From NCBI GenBank assembly GCA_963845565.1, contig CAWJSJ010000002.1:1792001-1856000 (forward strand): a DNA stretch of 64,000 bases. Direction: 5' to 3'. The notes beneath the pieces were generated by a model. That model did no database searches and had not been told where the DNA came from. It saw only the letters and a program-made list of their open reading frames with translations. A program made the position numbers and the translations under genes. Source of the DNA: an uncultured Methylomirabilota bacterium. GTDB lineage: Bacteria; Methylomirabilota; Methylomirabilia; Methylomirabilales; 2-02-FULL-66-22. This document shows positions 42,021 to 51,876 of the stretch, piece after piece (within the stretch, counting starts at the first letter, position 1; each line of letters opens with the position of its first letter).

Positions 42021-42071
42021 TTGCGGATCTCCGATGAATGTGTATAATCATAGCTAGATCGTTAGCTATGA
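42021..42071 (+). promoter_or_regulatory. TA promoter with operator palindrome
   Basis: TTGCGG-16-TATAAT followed by TCATAGCTA-N6-TAGCTATGA. Confidence 0.6.
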
Positions 42072-42084
42072 GAGGAGATCGCAC

Positions 42085-42318
42085 ATGCGCACCGTGCAGC
42101 TGACCCTGGACGAAGAATTGGTGGCTGCGGTGGACAAGACCGCGGCCCGCTTGGGAACCACCCGATCCGGATTTACCCGGCAAGCCCTCCGGCAAGCCCT
42201 GGCCCAAGAACGCGAGCGTGCCCTGGAGCGGAAACACCGCGAGGGATATGCGCGAAAGCCCGTCCGGCGCGGCGAGTTCTCGGCATGGGAGGCCGAGCAC
42301 GCCTGGGGTGAGTCGTGA
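42085..42318 (+). CDS. ribbon-helix-helix (CopG) antitoxin
   Basis: MRTVQLTLDEELVAAVD...TTRS..TRQAL; overlaps toxin start. Confidence 0.88.
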   Translation: MRTVQLTLDEELVAAVDKTAARLGTTRSGFTRQALRQALAQERERALERKHREGYARKPVRRGEFSAWEAEHAWGES

Positions 42319-42635
42319 AACGCGGGGAAGTCCGCTGGTACAAGTTTGATCAACCCGACAAGCGACGCCCGGTGGTGATCCTCACCCGGGATTCCGCCCT
42401 CGCATTCCTGGGGGAGGTGACCGTGGCCCCGATCACCACCACGATCCGGGACATTCCGACAGAGGTCCCACTCACCAAGGCAGACGGCTTGCCACGGGAT
42501 TGCGCGGTCAATCTCGACCACATGCAAACGGTGTCGACCGGCCGAGTCGGCGCGGTGATTACCCGGTTGAGCGCCGAGCACATGACCCGCGTTCGCGCCG
42601 CGCTCCTTTTTGCCCTGGGTTTCCGAGACCCCTGA
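42315..42635 (+). CDS. PemK/MazF family toxin
   Basis: MKRGEV...KRRPVVILTRD...VTVAPITT. Confidence 0.92.
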   Translation: MKRGEVRWYKFDQPDKRRPVVILTRDSALAFLGEVTVAPITTTIRDIPTEVPLTKADGLPRDCAVNLDHMQTVSTGRVGAVITRLSAEHMTRVRAALLFALGFRDP

Positions 42636-42785
42636 TCCCGAACAGCAAACCGCACCCCACGGTCAGATTGTGCTACGATCGGGCCTGTGCGGCTGATCCT
42701 CAGCCTGCACACCAACTCCACCCTCTCCATCCAGTGCCCACTTCTACCGCCGGTCGCGCGCCCGCACGGCGGCAGGCGCGGAGGG

Positions 42786-43658
42786 TTACGACTTCTGCAG
42801 CCGGAAAAGGGTCGGGGAGATTTCCTCGCTGTAGGGTTGGCCGTTGCTGTTGCAGCCGCCGCGGCTGATGTGATGGTGAAGCGAGGCGAGTCGGTAATAG
42901 CCGATCAGGGTCTCCAGCGCGCCATACTCGTAGTCGCTCAGTTTGCCCCGGGTGGACCAGTCCAGGTACTTGGTGGCCAGCACCATCATCCGGTATCGCT
43001 CGCCGCGCAGGACATCGATCAGCGACCCCCTGTTGTCCACCAGAAACCGCATGATCTTCTCGTAATCCATCGGGGCGCTGGCCGGGCCGAAGTCGATCCG
43101 TTTCCAGATGGGATTCAGGTCTCCGTCGTGCGGATAGTCGGTGGGGAACTGATGGATGATGTTCTTGGAGACGTTCGCGTCGTCCGACTCGGACACATCC
43201 GCCCCGAGGTCAATGCCGACCTTGTGGAAATGATCCACGAATTGATTCCAGTCGCGCAATCGGACCGGGAGTTTTTCTCCCCCGTACTCGGAGACAACCC
43301 AGGGAAACCCCTCGCCCCCAAACGCCCACTCGTACAGGCACGCCTCGAACGGTTGCGCGCCTTGCCGGCTGATGGATCCCAGGGGCCGCGGGATGTGGGC
43401 GTACTTGTAGACCCTCTCTCGGAAGAAGTAGTCCTCGAGCTTCTTGATCAGCATGTGCCGAAGATACATCAGGTGGCCGCTTCCGGGCGCGGGGTTGTGT
43501 TCCGCGCGGACGGCGGTCACCACCCCCTCATGCGTCCGGATCGTGCCGCCGATTCCGGGGAGCTTGTTCAGGAGGTAGACGGTCACCGCCGCCTCACCGC
43601 CGCAGCCGCCTTCCCGCACGTATTCGATGACGCCGTCTTCGAATGTCGGATCGAGCAT
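42786..43658 (-). CDS. hypothetical protein with protein-kinase-like motifs
   Basis: GGCGGEAAV, IPRPLG, FHKVGI...D...KNII, RIDFG. Confidence 0.65.
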   Translation of the reverse strand: MLDPTFEDGVIEYVREGGCGGEAAVTVYLLNKLPGIGGTIRTHEGVVTAVRAEHNPAPGSGHLMYLRHMLIKKLEDYFFRERVYKYAHIPRPLGSISRQGAQPFEACLYEWAFGGEGFPWVVSEYGGEKLPVRLRDWNQFVDHFHKVGIDLGADVSESDDANVSKNIIHQFPTDYPHDGDLNPIWKRIDFGPASAPMDYEKIMRFLVDNRGSLIDVLRGERYRMMVLATKYLDWSTRGKLSDYEYGALETLIGYYRLASLHHHISRGGCNSNGQPYSEEISPTLFRLQKS

Positions 43659-43975
43659 GGGATTCGCCCCGGAGACCGTTCGCTGCATGCGGCCTGATGC
43701 CGCGCCAACCACGCCCTGAATATCGCAGCCCAGATTCCGATGTCAAGCCTGGAATCCATGAACCCCAGGCGTGCCGGACCGGCGGGCGCCTGGTGACGGC
43801 GGGAGGAGTGGCTTGGCAGACTGCCGGCAAACTCGTTTTCGCCCAGGCTGCTCAAAACGGTCCCAATGCAAGGCGGCACGCTGTAGCCCGAGCGAGGCGT
43901 ACTGGAGGTACGCCGCAGCGAGTGGCGAGGCGGGCGGGGCGCCACGTCGGACGGGTCACCGCAGATGGGCCGTTT

Positions 43976-45466
43976 TCAACAGCCTGTCAGGTGCAGCCGA
44001 GGGTAGAGGGGACGCAAAGCGGTGTACACGTCGTCGAACAGCCGGCGGCGTTCGCGGTAGACGGCAGCAGTCTCGGGGTTCGGGGTGAAGATCCGGACCG
44101 GCGGGTTCCAGGTGCGGGCGGTCGCCACGGGGTCGGTCACCAGCCCGATGGCAGCGGCCGCCAGGACGGCGGCGCCCAGCGAGGCCGCCTCGGTGTACCG
44201 AAGTCGGGCGACCGGCATCCCCAGGATGTCCGCCTTGATCTGGGCCCAGATGTCCGACTTGGCCCCGCCGCCGATCACTACCAATTCGCCGGGGACGATG
44301 CCCATGTCCCGCAACCCATCCAGGCAGGTGGCGACTTCATAGCCCACCCCCTCCAGGAACGCCCGGGCGACGTCGCCCCGGGTATGGCCGAGACTCAGCC
44401 CCAGGATCATCCCTCGCGCGTCGGGATTCCAGCGCGTGGATCGGGCGCCCATGAAGAACGGAAAGACCAGCAGCCCCCGGGCGCCGGGTGGGCTCTCGGC
44501 CGCGTCCCGGTCCAGGAGAACCGTCTGCCCCGGCCCGAGACCTACCAGGTTCCGCAGCCAGCGCAGGGCCGAGGCGGTCGTGGTCACGCCGAGTTCGAAC
44601 AGGTAGCGGCCCGGGATGGCGTGGATTCCGCACGGGACCCGGCCGAGGTCTTCCGGCAGTCGGTCGGTGACCATGGAGATCTGCGTGGCGGTCCCGGTCG
44701 AATCCGACGCGCGATCGCCCGTCAGGCCCGCGCCCACGCCCTCGCACGAGCGGTCGCCGCCGCCCAACGCCACCGGAATCCCGGCGGGAATACCCAGCGC
44801 CGAGGCGGCGTCCGCGGCGAGACGATGCGGCGCCTGGGTGGAGCGATAGACTGCGGGGAACTGGTCGGGGCGAACGCCGACGCGGTCGAACATCGCCGGC
44901 CACCAGCATTCCTTCCGCAGATCGATCATCATGGTGCGCGACGCGAGCGTGTAGTCGGTCGCGGGCGCGCCGGTCAACCGGTAGTAGAGAAAGTCCCGGG
45001 GCTGCAGGAACACCGTGGTGCGAGCGAGCAGGTCGGGCTGGTTCTCGCGCAGCCACAGCAGCTTGCAGGCGGTGTAGTTCGGATCCGGCGCGACGCCGGT
45101 GTGGTGATGCAAGAACGACTCGCCGAACTCTTCGCCCAACCGCGCCGACTGCTCGCGGCAGCGACGGTCCATCCAGATGATGCAGCGGTCAAGGGGCTGC
45201 CCATCCCGCCCGATGGGAACCACCCCTTCCCGCTGGGAGGAGAGACCAATGGCGGCAATGCGCGAGGCGTCCTGACCCGCCAGGCAGGTCCGCGCCGCGG
45301 TGATGGCGGCCTGCCACCAATCGGACGAGTCCTGCTCCGCCCAGTCCGGCCGAGGGTGATGGGTTGGGTAGCCCTCGTCGGCCGAGGCGAGGAGCATTCC
45401 CGCCACGTCCCAGAGGCAGACCTTGCAGTTCGTGGTCCCGAGGTCGAAAGTGAGAAGGGTATCCAT
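43976..45466 (-). CDS. FGGY carbohydrate kinase (xylulokinase-like)
   Basis: FDLGTTNCK, WAEQD, IWMDRR, GGGD, GGGAKS. Confidence 0.92.
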   Translation of the reverse strand: MDTLLTFDLGTTNCKVCLWDVAGMLLASADEGYPTHHPRPDWAEQDSSDWWQAAITAARTCLAGQDASRIAAIGLSSQREGVVPIGRDGQPLDRCIIWMDRRCREQSARLGEEFGESFLHHHTGVAPDPNYTACKLLWLRENQPDLLARTTVFLQPRDFLYYRLTGAPATDYTLASRTMMIDLRKECWWPAMFDRVGVRPDQFPAVYRSTQAPHRLAADAASALGIPAGIPVALGGGDRSCEGVGAGLTGDRASDSTGTATQISMVTDRLPEDLGRVPCGIHAIPGRYLFELGVTTTASALRWLRNLVGLGPGQTVLLDRDAAESPPGARGLLVFPFFMGARSTRWNPDARGMILGLSLGHTRGDVARAFLEGVGYEVATCLDGLRDMGIVPGELVVIGGGAKSDIWAQIKADILGMPVARLRYTEAASLGAAVLAAAAIGLVTDPVATARTWNPPVRIFTPNPETAAVYRERRRLFDDVYTALRPLYPRLHLTGC

Positions 45467-45467
45467 A

Positions 45468-45560
45468 GAGCCGAGAGTCGAGAGCCGAGAGTCGAGAGCC
45501 GAGACCGGACTTGGTGTGTCGCTTGCGCCGACCGGACTTGGCTCTAGGCTCTTGGCTCTC
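45468..45560. repeat. inverted heptamer tandem array
   Basis: (AGCCGAG/AGTCGAG)n facing (CTTGGCT/CTAGGCT)n. Confidence 0.7.
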
Positions 45561-45569
45561 TACGCTGGG

Positions 45570-46568
45570 TTAAGGTTTCACCATGAGCTTGAGGCCCTTG
45601 CCCTCGCGGAGCGCGTGGATCGCCTCTTTGGTCTGGGCCAGCGGATACTCCACGCCAAGCAGCGGCTGCAGAGTGAGCTGGGGTAGCCAGCGGACCGCCC
45701 GGTGGAACATGTACGGCCGGAGGAAGGCGGCCTTGATCTGGATCTCCTTGTCGAAGAGCTGGTAGGGCTTGACCTTGGCGACGGCCTCGGGATCGGCCAC
45801 GCCCATGACGAAGACGGTCCCGCCCTTCTGCACCAGATCGATACCTTGCTCCAGGAGGGCGGGGTGCCCGAGGCAGTCGAAGACGATCTCCGGCCCCAGG
45901 CCGCCGGTGTGCTCCTTCACGAAGGCCGTCAGGTCCTGGCCCTTCGGGTCCACGGGAATGCCGCCGACTGCCTTGCAGATCTCCCGCCGGTGGGGGCGGG
46001 GCTCCGAGATCAGAACCTTGCTGGCGCCGCTGTGCAGGAGGAGCTGGGTCATGATACAGCCAATGGTCCCGCCCGCCAGAACCAGTGCCACATCCCCCGA
46101 GCGGACCTTGGCCAGATCGATGGCGTGGAGCGCGCACGCCACCGGCTCGGCCAGTGCGGCAAATTCGAAGGAGAGGCTGTCCGGGAGCTTGTGGACGTTC
46201 CGGTCCGGGTAAAGGGAATACTCGGCATACCCGCCCGGATGCGCATAGCGATGCATGCACTGGTGCTCCCGCCCATCCCGGCAGAAATAGCAGCTGTCAC
46301 AGGCCAGCCCGGTCTCGACGGCCACCCGGTCGCCGACCTTGAACTTGGTCACCCCCTTGCCCAGGGCACTGACCACGCCGGTGAACTCGTGTCCAATGAC
46401 CCGGGGCGGCTTGAACATCGGGAACTTCCCTTCGAGGATATGCACGTCGGTCGCGCAGACGCCGCAGGCGACGACCTTGACCTGAACGTCATGGGGGTCT
46501 TTCGGGTCCGGGATCGGGAGGTCGTCGATGTCCAGTTGGTCGATGCCTTTCCAGACTGCTGCCTTCAT
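45570..46568 (-). CDS. Zn-dependent alcohol/polyol dehydrogenase
   Basis: CGVCATDVH, GHE, CDSCYFC..G..HQC; own AGGAG RBS. Confidence 0.9.
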   Translation of the reverse strand: MKAAVWKGIDQLDIDDLPIPDPKDPHDVQVKVVACGVCATDVHILEGKFPMFKPPRVIGHEFTGVVSALGKGVTKFKVGDRVAVETGLACDSCYFCRDGREHQCMHRYAHPGGYAEYSLYPDRNVHKLPDSLSFEFAALAEPVACALHAIDLAKVRSGDVALVLAGGTIGCIMTQLLLHSGASKVLISEPRPHRREICKAVGGIPVDPKGQDLTAFVKEHTGGLGPEIVFDCLGHPALLEQGIDLVQKGGTVFVMGVADPEAVAKVKPYQLFDKEIQIKAAFLRPYMFHRAVRWLPQLTLQPLLGVEYPLAQTKEAIHALREGKGLKLMVKP

Positions 46569-47540
46569 GGGGTGTGCTCCTTTCGGGGGAGGGTAAACGG
46601 GCATGCCGAAGCCTCGCGCGGCGAGGAAGCGCCACACCTCCTCGATCCGCGGGATGCCGGTGCGGCCGCCCAAGCAGGTGCATTTCAGCGCCGAGACCGC
46701 ATTGGCGAATTGCAGTATATCGCGAGCCTCCCACCCCTGCAACAGGCCGTACAGAAACGCGCCGTGAAACACGTCGCCGGCGCCGGTGGTGTCCACCACG
46801 TTCACGGGAAAGCCGGGAGCTTCCACGATCTCGCCGTTGTACAGCAGGGCCGAACCGGCCTCCCCCTGCGTGAGGCCGACGCACGGGGGGCCGAAGCCGG
46901 CCAGCGTCCGGAGGATATCCGCCGGGGCGGTCTTGCCGGTGAGTGTCCGAGCGTACCGGCGGCTCACGATGAGGACATCCGTCAACGGGAACAGTTCCTC
47001 CCGATACTGGGTGGGCTCCTCCGCATCTACCGAGACCAGGATGCCGGCCTCCTTGGCCCAGCGGGCCGCTTGCACGGCGGCCTCCCCCTCGTGGCCGTCG
47101 AGGTGCAGCGTGCGACCGGCGCACACCGCTTCGCGCGTGAGGTCGTCCGGGGTGAGCCAGATGCGGGGGTCGCGCTGGCGGACGATGGTGCGATGACCGG
47201 AGCCTTCCTCCACCAGGACGACGCAAAACCGGTTGGGAACGCCTTCGGCCACTACCGAGCCGGTGAGATCGAGGCCTTCCGCGGTCAACTCATCCTGGGC
47301 CAAGCGACCGATCTCGTTGCCGCCGAACTTTCCGATGTAACGCGTCCGGAGGCCAAGCCGTCCGCAGGCCACCATGGCAGTTGCGGTGAGCCCGCCGCCC
47401 TGGATCGTCGCTCCCAGGGCGTCCATCTTGGTGTTGGACTCCGGGAAATGGGGAATGCGGAAGAGGTAGTCGATGACGTTGATGCCGACACCGACGACGT
47501 CGAGGGGCTTGTTCGCTGGAATGGCGAGGTCGATGCGCAT
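46569..47540 (-). CDS. PfkB family carbohydrate kinase (no stop; in frame with the downstream dehydrogenase)
   Basis: GGG..ATA, DTTGAGDVFHGAF, FANAVSA. Confidence 0.88.
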
Positions 47541-47605
47541 GATAGAGCCGAGAGCCTAGCGCCGAGCGCCGAAAACCTCGGACTTCGAACGTGAAGCCCT
47601 GGACG

Positions 47606-48382
47606 TCAGTTGAGCTGGAGTCCACCGCAGACGTTGTAGGTCTGGCCGGTGATGTACGATGCCTCGTCCGATGCCAAGAAGGTGTACAGCTTGGCGACGT
47701 CCTCGGGCGTTTCGATGCGGCCCAGGGGGATGTTGGCGACCCGCGACTGCTTGATCGTGCCGGTGGGCTTTCCCTCCAGCGCCGCCCACTCGCGGTCGAT
47801 GCTCACCCACATGTCGGTGTCCACGATGCCGGGGGCCACGGCGTTGACCCGGATGCCATGTTTGGCCAGTGCCATCGCCAGCCCCTGCGTGATGCCGATG
47901 ACGCCGAACTTGGAGGCGCAGTAGTCCACCAGCATCGGCTTCCCGGACCGTCCGGAGATCGAGGAGGCGTTCAGGATGACACCCGAGCTCCGCTTGACCA
48001 TCTCGCGCGCCACGGCCTGGGAGCAGAAGAACACCGCCTTGAGATTGAGATTCAGCGTGCGATCCCAGTCGGCCTCGGTCAACTCCAAGGGGAAGCGGAC
48101 CTGGGTGATGCCGGCGTTATTCACCAGGATGTCGATCTTGCCGAACTCCCGAAGCGCCGTCTCCACCATGCGCCGGATGTCGGCCGCTTGGGTCACATCC
48201 ATCTGCATGGCGACACCCTTCGGTCCAAGCGCCCGGATCTCGGCGGCCACGGCTTCGCTTGCCGCTCGGTCAAGATCGGGGACCAGGACGTCCGCGCCCT
48301 CTCGGGCGAACATGAGTGCCGTGGCTTTTCCGATACCCCGACCGGCGCCCGTGATGATCGCACTCTTCCCTGCGAGTCGCAC
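47606..48382 (-). CDS. SDR oxidoreductase (sorbitol/acetoin dehydrogenase-like)
   Basis: TGAGRGIG, NNAG, YCASK, PGIVDTDMW. Confidence 0.92.
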   Translation of the reverse strand: MRLAGKSAIITGAGRGIGKATALMFAREGADVLVPDLDRAASEAVAAEIRALGPKGVAMQMDVTQAADIRRMVETALREFGKIDILVNNAGITQVRFPLELTEADWDRTLNLNLKAVFFCSQAVAREMVKRSSGVILNASSISGRSGKPMLVDYCASKFGVIGITQGLAMALAKHGIRVNAVAPGIVDTDMWVSIDREWAALEGKPTGTIKQSRVANIPLGRIETPEDVAKLYTFLASDEASYITGQTYNVCGGLQLN

Positions 48383-48401
48383 GTTACCCTCCTTTGAGAA
48401 G

Positions 48402-48486
48402 CTGTCAGCGGTCAGCATTCAGCAATCAGCTTTTCAAATTCTGTCCTCGCCAAGAACTGACCGCTGACCGCTGATTGCTGAATGCT
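48402..48486. repeat. inverted heptamer tandem array
   Basis: (TCAGCnn)4 facing (CTGAnnG)4. Confidence 0.7.
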
Positions 48487-48491
48487 CCTCC

Positions 48492-49313
48492 TCACCCTTT
48501 CAGGGCGCCGAACGTCAGCCCCCGGACGATGTGCTTCTGGATGAACAGGGACAGGATCAAGACCGGCAGCGTGATGACGGTTGCCGCCGCCGTCAGGCCG
48601 CCCCAGTTGATCTCCTCGTAGGAGAGGAAGTTATAGACCGCAATCGGCAGCGTCCGCGTCTTGAACCCCGCGATGATGAGCGAGAAGAGGAAGTTGTTCC
48701 ACGAGAAGATAAACGCAAGGATGGCGGTGGCCACGATGCCCGGCTTCACCAGGGGCAACGCCACGCGGAGGAACGCGGAGAAATTGGAGCAGCCGTCGAT
48801 CCGGGCCGCCTCGATCAGTTCGCCCGGCACGTCCTCGAAGAAGCCGATCATCACCCACAGGACGAGGGGCAGCGCCACGATCAAGTGGGTGAGGATCAGG
48901 GCCATATAGGTGTCGATCATCTTGAGCTTGGTGAAGAGGATGAACCACGGAATCAGGTAGGCAATCCCCGGGGCCATGCGCGCGGTGAGGATGGCGAGCG
49001 CGATCCCGGTCTGCTTGAACCGGGCGACCGCGTACGCGCCCGGCAGGCCCAGGACCAGGGCCAGGCCGGTGGAACCGGCGGCGACGATCAGGCTGTTCAG
49101 GGTGAAGGTGAAGAAGGGGTTCTTGAGGAACACCTCGCGATAATTGTTCAGCGTGGGCGTGAACACCCAGACGGGCGGATAGGCGGTGTTCTGCACCTGT
49201 GTCTTCAGCGAGGACAGCAGCATCCACGCCAGCGGGAACAGGAACGGCAGCAGGATCAGCACCAGCAGCAGGTAGGTCCAGGGGCTCTCGCCCGAGTGTC
49301 GCATCGTACGCAT
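48492..49313 (-). CDS. carbohydrate ABC transporter permease (MalG-like)
   Basis: EAARIDGC EAA loop, FIFSWNNF. Confidence 0.93.
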   Translation of the reverse strand: MRTMRHSGESPWTYLLLVLILLPFLFPLAWMLLSSLKTQVQNTAYPPVWVFTPTLNNYREVFLKNPFFTFTLNSLIVAAGSTGLALVLGLPGAYAVARFKQTGIALAILTARMAPGIAYLIPWFILFTKLKMIDTYMALILTHLIVALPLVLWVMIGFFEDVPGELIEAARIDGCSNFSAFLRVALPLVKPGIVATAILAFIFSWNNFLFSLIIAGFKTRTLPIAVYNFLSYEEINWGGLTAAATVITLPVLILSLFIQKHIVRGLTFGALKG

Positions 49314-49381
49314 AGGCGTTCGTCCCAACCGAGGATGAAAAACCGTCAACCGTTAACCGCCAACCGACCAACCGTCACGCC

Positions 49382-50320
49382 TTACCAGGAGCCGCGTCGG
49401 ACCTTGATCAAGAGCAGGCTCACGCCCATGACCAGGGCGAACAGGATCACGAGGAGCGAGCTGGCGTAGCCGATGTGAAAATAGAAGAGCCCCACCTGGA
49501 ACGTGTACACGTTCAGCGTCTCGGACGCGAACCCCGGCCCTCCGGCGGTCATGACGTAGATGATGTCGAAGGTCTTGAGGCAGTCGATGGCGCGAAACAG
49601 CAGGGCGACCATGATCGTCGGGCGGAGCAGGGGCAGCGTGATCCGCCAGAACATCTGCGCGGGGGTGGCGCCGTCGATCAGCGCGGACTCATAGGGCTCC
49701 AGCGGCAGGCTGGCCAGGCCGGCCAGCGTGATCAGGGTGATGAGGGGCGTCCACTCCCAGGTATCCACGAAGGCCAGGGCGGGAATGACCAGCCGGACGT
49801 CGCTGACCCACTTGAACGGCCCCAGACCGATCAGGCCTACCAGGTAGTTCATCACCCCGAGGGTGGGGTTGAACATCATCATCCAGACCAGGGCGATGGC
49901 GACCGGCGTGGCGACCATGGGCAAGAGAAACACGGACCGAAAGAACCCCTTGCCCCGAAACGACCGGTTGAGCAACAAGGCCAGGGCGACCCCGAGGACC
50001 ACCTGGAGGGCCGTCGCCAGGATCGTGAAGTAGATCGTCAGCCAGAGGGCATTCCGGAAGCGCTCATCCTCGGTGAACGCGCGCTTGAAATTCGCCAGGC
50101 CGATGAACTCCGGCGCCGTGACGCTGCTGGCGAACCAGGAGTGCAGACTCATGTACACGGTGTAGAAGACCGGAAAGACCATCAGGACGAAGATGACCAC
50201 GGCCGCCGGCGAGGTGAAGAAAAAGACCGGATGACGCTCCACCAAGACCGACCAGCGCGAATCAGGCCGGCGCAGGTCGGCTCGGGCGAAACCCTCTTGC
50301 GGGGAGTTCTGCTGTGCCAT
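49382..50320 (-). CDS. carbohydrate ABC transporter permease (MalF-like)
   Basis: FIGLANF, YESALIDGA, TAGGPG. Confidence 0.93.
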   Translation of the reverse strand: MAQQNSPQEGFARADLRRPDSRWSVLVERHPVFFFTSPAAVVIFVLMVFPVFYTVYMSLHSWFASSVTAPEFIGLANFKRAFTEDERFRNALWLTIYFTILATALQVVLGVALALLLNRSFRGKGFFRSVFLLPMVATPVAIALVWMMMFNPTLGVMNYLVGLIGLGPFKWVSDVRLVIPALAFVDTWEWTPLITLITLAGLASLPLEPYESALIDGATPAQMFWRITLPLLRPTIMVALLFRAIDCLKTFDIIYVMTAGGPGFASETLNVYTFQVGLFYFHIGYASSLLVILFALVMGVSLLLIKVRRGSW

Positions 50321-50333
50321 GCACGCTCTCACG

Positions 50334-50365
50334 AAAAGGGAGGAGGCCCGTAGGAGCCTCCTCCC
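50334..50365 (-). terminator. intrinsic terminator/stabilising hairpin after SBP
   Basis: GGGAGGAGGC...GCCTCCTCCC-TTTT on the minus strand. Confidence 0.65.
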
Positions 50366-50391
50366 GTGTTCCCGGTTCGCGAATCCGCCGG

Positions 50392-51723
50392 CTACTTCTT
50401 TTCCGTTTCCGCCATGATGCGCTTGGTGTCGGCAGCCGCCTTGTTCACCGCAGCCTTCACATCGCCGCCCTGGATCGAGGTCACAATGGCGGCGCCGATG
50501 GCATCGCGGACCTCAGGCACCGCCACGACGGGTGGGTTCCAGTTGGAATTCCCGACTCTCAACCCCTGGACAAGGGCCTCGGCCAGTTCGGGATTCATCT
50601 TGGCCTTCGCCTTTGCGTCCTTCCACACCGAGTCGCGGCCGCCCTGGACGGCGCGCTCGCTCTGGATCGCCAGCACGGTCTCCTTGCTGGTCGCCCACTG
50701 CAGAAAGAGCCAGCCCGCTTTCGGGTTCTTGCTATTCTTGGGGATGCCGAGGCCCCAGACGGTGGCCATCGTCCCGGGCTTGCCGCCCGGACCCTTCGGG
50801 AACATGACGTAACCCATCTTGCCCTTCACCTTGGATTTTTCCGGGTCTTCCACGAACGCCGAAATGGAATCAAACTCCGTGTACATAGCCGCCTTGCCCT
50901 GTCCCATGATGGACGAGGCCTCGTACCAGTGATTGTTCTCGGAGCCGGGAGGTCCGTACTGCTTGAGCAGGCGTCCGTACAGCTCGAAGGCCTTGATGCC
51001 ATCCTCGGAGTTGAACGCCGGCTCGCGGCTCGGAGTCATCCAGATTGCGCCCATGGCGTGGAGGTAGCCCGAGAAGATGGACGTGGCGGCGGCCCGCTTG
51101 CCCCGGGCGACGAAGCCGAAACCGGGCTGGCCGTCATCCGTCATGGCCTTGCCGTTCAACGCCTTGGCCGCGGCCTCCAGCTCGTCCAGGGTCGTCGGGA
51201 CCTTGACGTTGTACTTCTGGAACACGTCCTTCCGGTACATGAGCTGGTTGGTCTCCAGCTGAATCGGCGGCCCGATGATCCGGCCATCCACCGTCATGCC
51301 GGAGCGGCCCACCTCCAGAAAATCGTTCCAGTTGTACTCCGGCGCGGTGATGGACGCATCCCTGAGGTACTCGTCAATGGGCTGGTACCAGCCTGCGCGA
51401 AGGAACTTGAGTCCTTCCTGCGCCGGCATGGTCATGAAGGCATCGATGCTCCCGCTGCCGGAGGCGAACTCCACCGAGGTCTTCGCCCGAAACTGATCTT
51501 CCGGGTACACTTCGACGACCAGCTTCATTCCCGTCAGCGCCTCGAAGTCCTTCAGGTGCGGCTCGATGGCGATCTGCCAGGGGTGCTTATTGAGCATGAC
51601 GCGAAGCTGGGTCCCTTTGAACTGCTGCCAGTTGAATTGCCCCGCCTCGCTTGCGGACGCAAGCGCCAAGCCGAGCAGCCCCACGATCAACGCCAGGGTC
51701 CAGAGCCGCCGAGTGATACCCAT
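50392..51723 (-). CDS. carbohydrate ABC substrate-binding protein
   Basis: signal peptide, FEALTGMK, YRKDVF, PTTLDEL. Confidence 0.92.
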   Translation of the reverse strand: MGITRRLWTLALIVGLLGLALASASEAGQFNWQQFKGTQLRVMLNKHPWQIAIEPHLKDFEALTGMKLVVEVYPEDQFRAKTSVEFASGSGSIDAFMTMPAQEGLKFLRAGWYQPIDEYLRDASITAPEYNWNDFLEVGRSGMTVDGRIIGPPIQLETNQLMYRKDVFQKYNVKVPTTLDELEAAAKALNGKAMTDDGQPGFGFVARGKRAAATSIFSGYLHAMGAIWMTPSREPAFNSEDGIKAFELYGRLLKQYGPPGSENNHWYEASSIMGQGKAAMYTEFDSISAFVEDPEKSKVKGKMGYVMFPKGPGGKPGTMATVWGLGIPKNSKNPKAGWLFLQWATSKETVLAIQSERAVQGGRDSVWKDAKAKAKMNPELAEALVQGLRVGNSNWNPPVVAVPEVRDAIGAAIVTSIQGGDVKAAVNKAAADTKRIMAETEKK

Positions 51724-51807
51724 GGACTTCCCTCCTCATTGATGGGATGCAGCTCACTGCGTAATGGCAGGGCCGCTTGGGTTTACGATTCCACCTTTCG
51801 TGCTGCA

Positions 51808-51837
51808 TAGCTAACACAGCTTGGCCCGGGAATCAAG
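51808..51837 (-). promoter_or_regulatory. putative promoter conserved with 53290-53320
   Basis: TTGATT-17-TAGCTAT versus TTGATT-17-TAGCAAT. Confidence 0.45.
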
Positions 51838-51876
51838 CAGGCGGAGTGCGGGGCGAGACGAATGTCCGCAGGACTC

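Noticed and set aside
41854..42057. Short ORF, possibly a gene remnant, before the MazF TA pair
   Set aside because: No motif sufficient for a call
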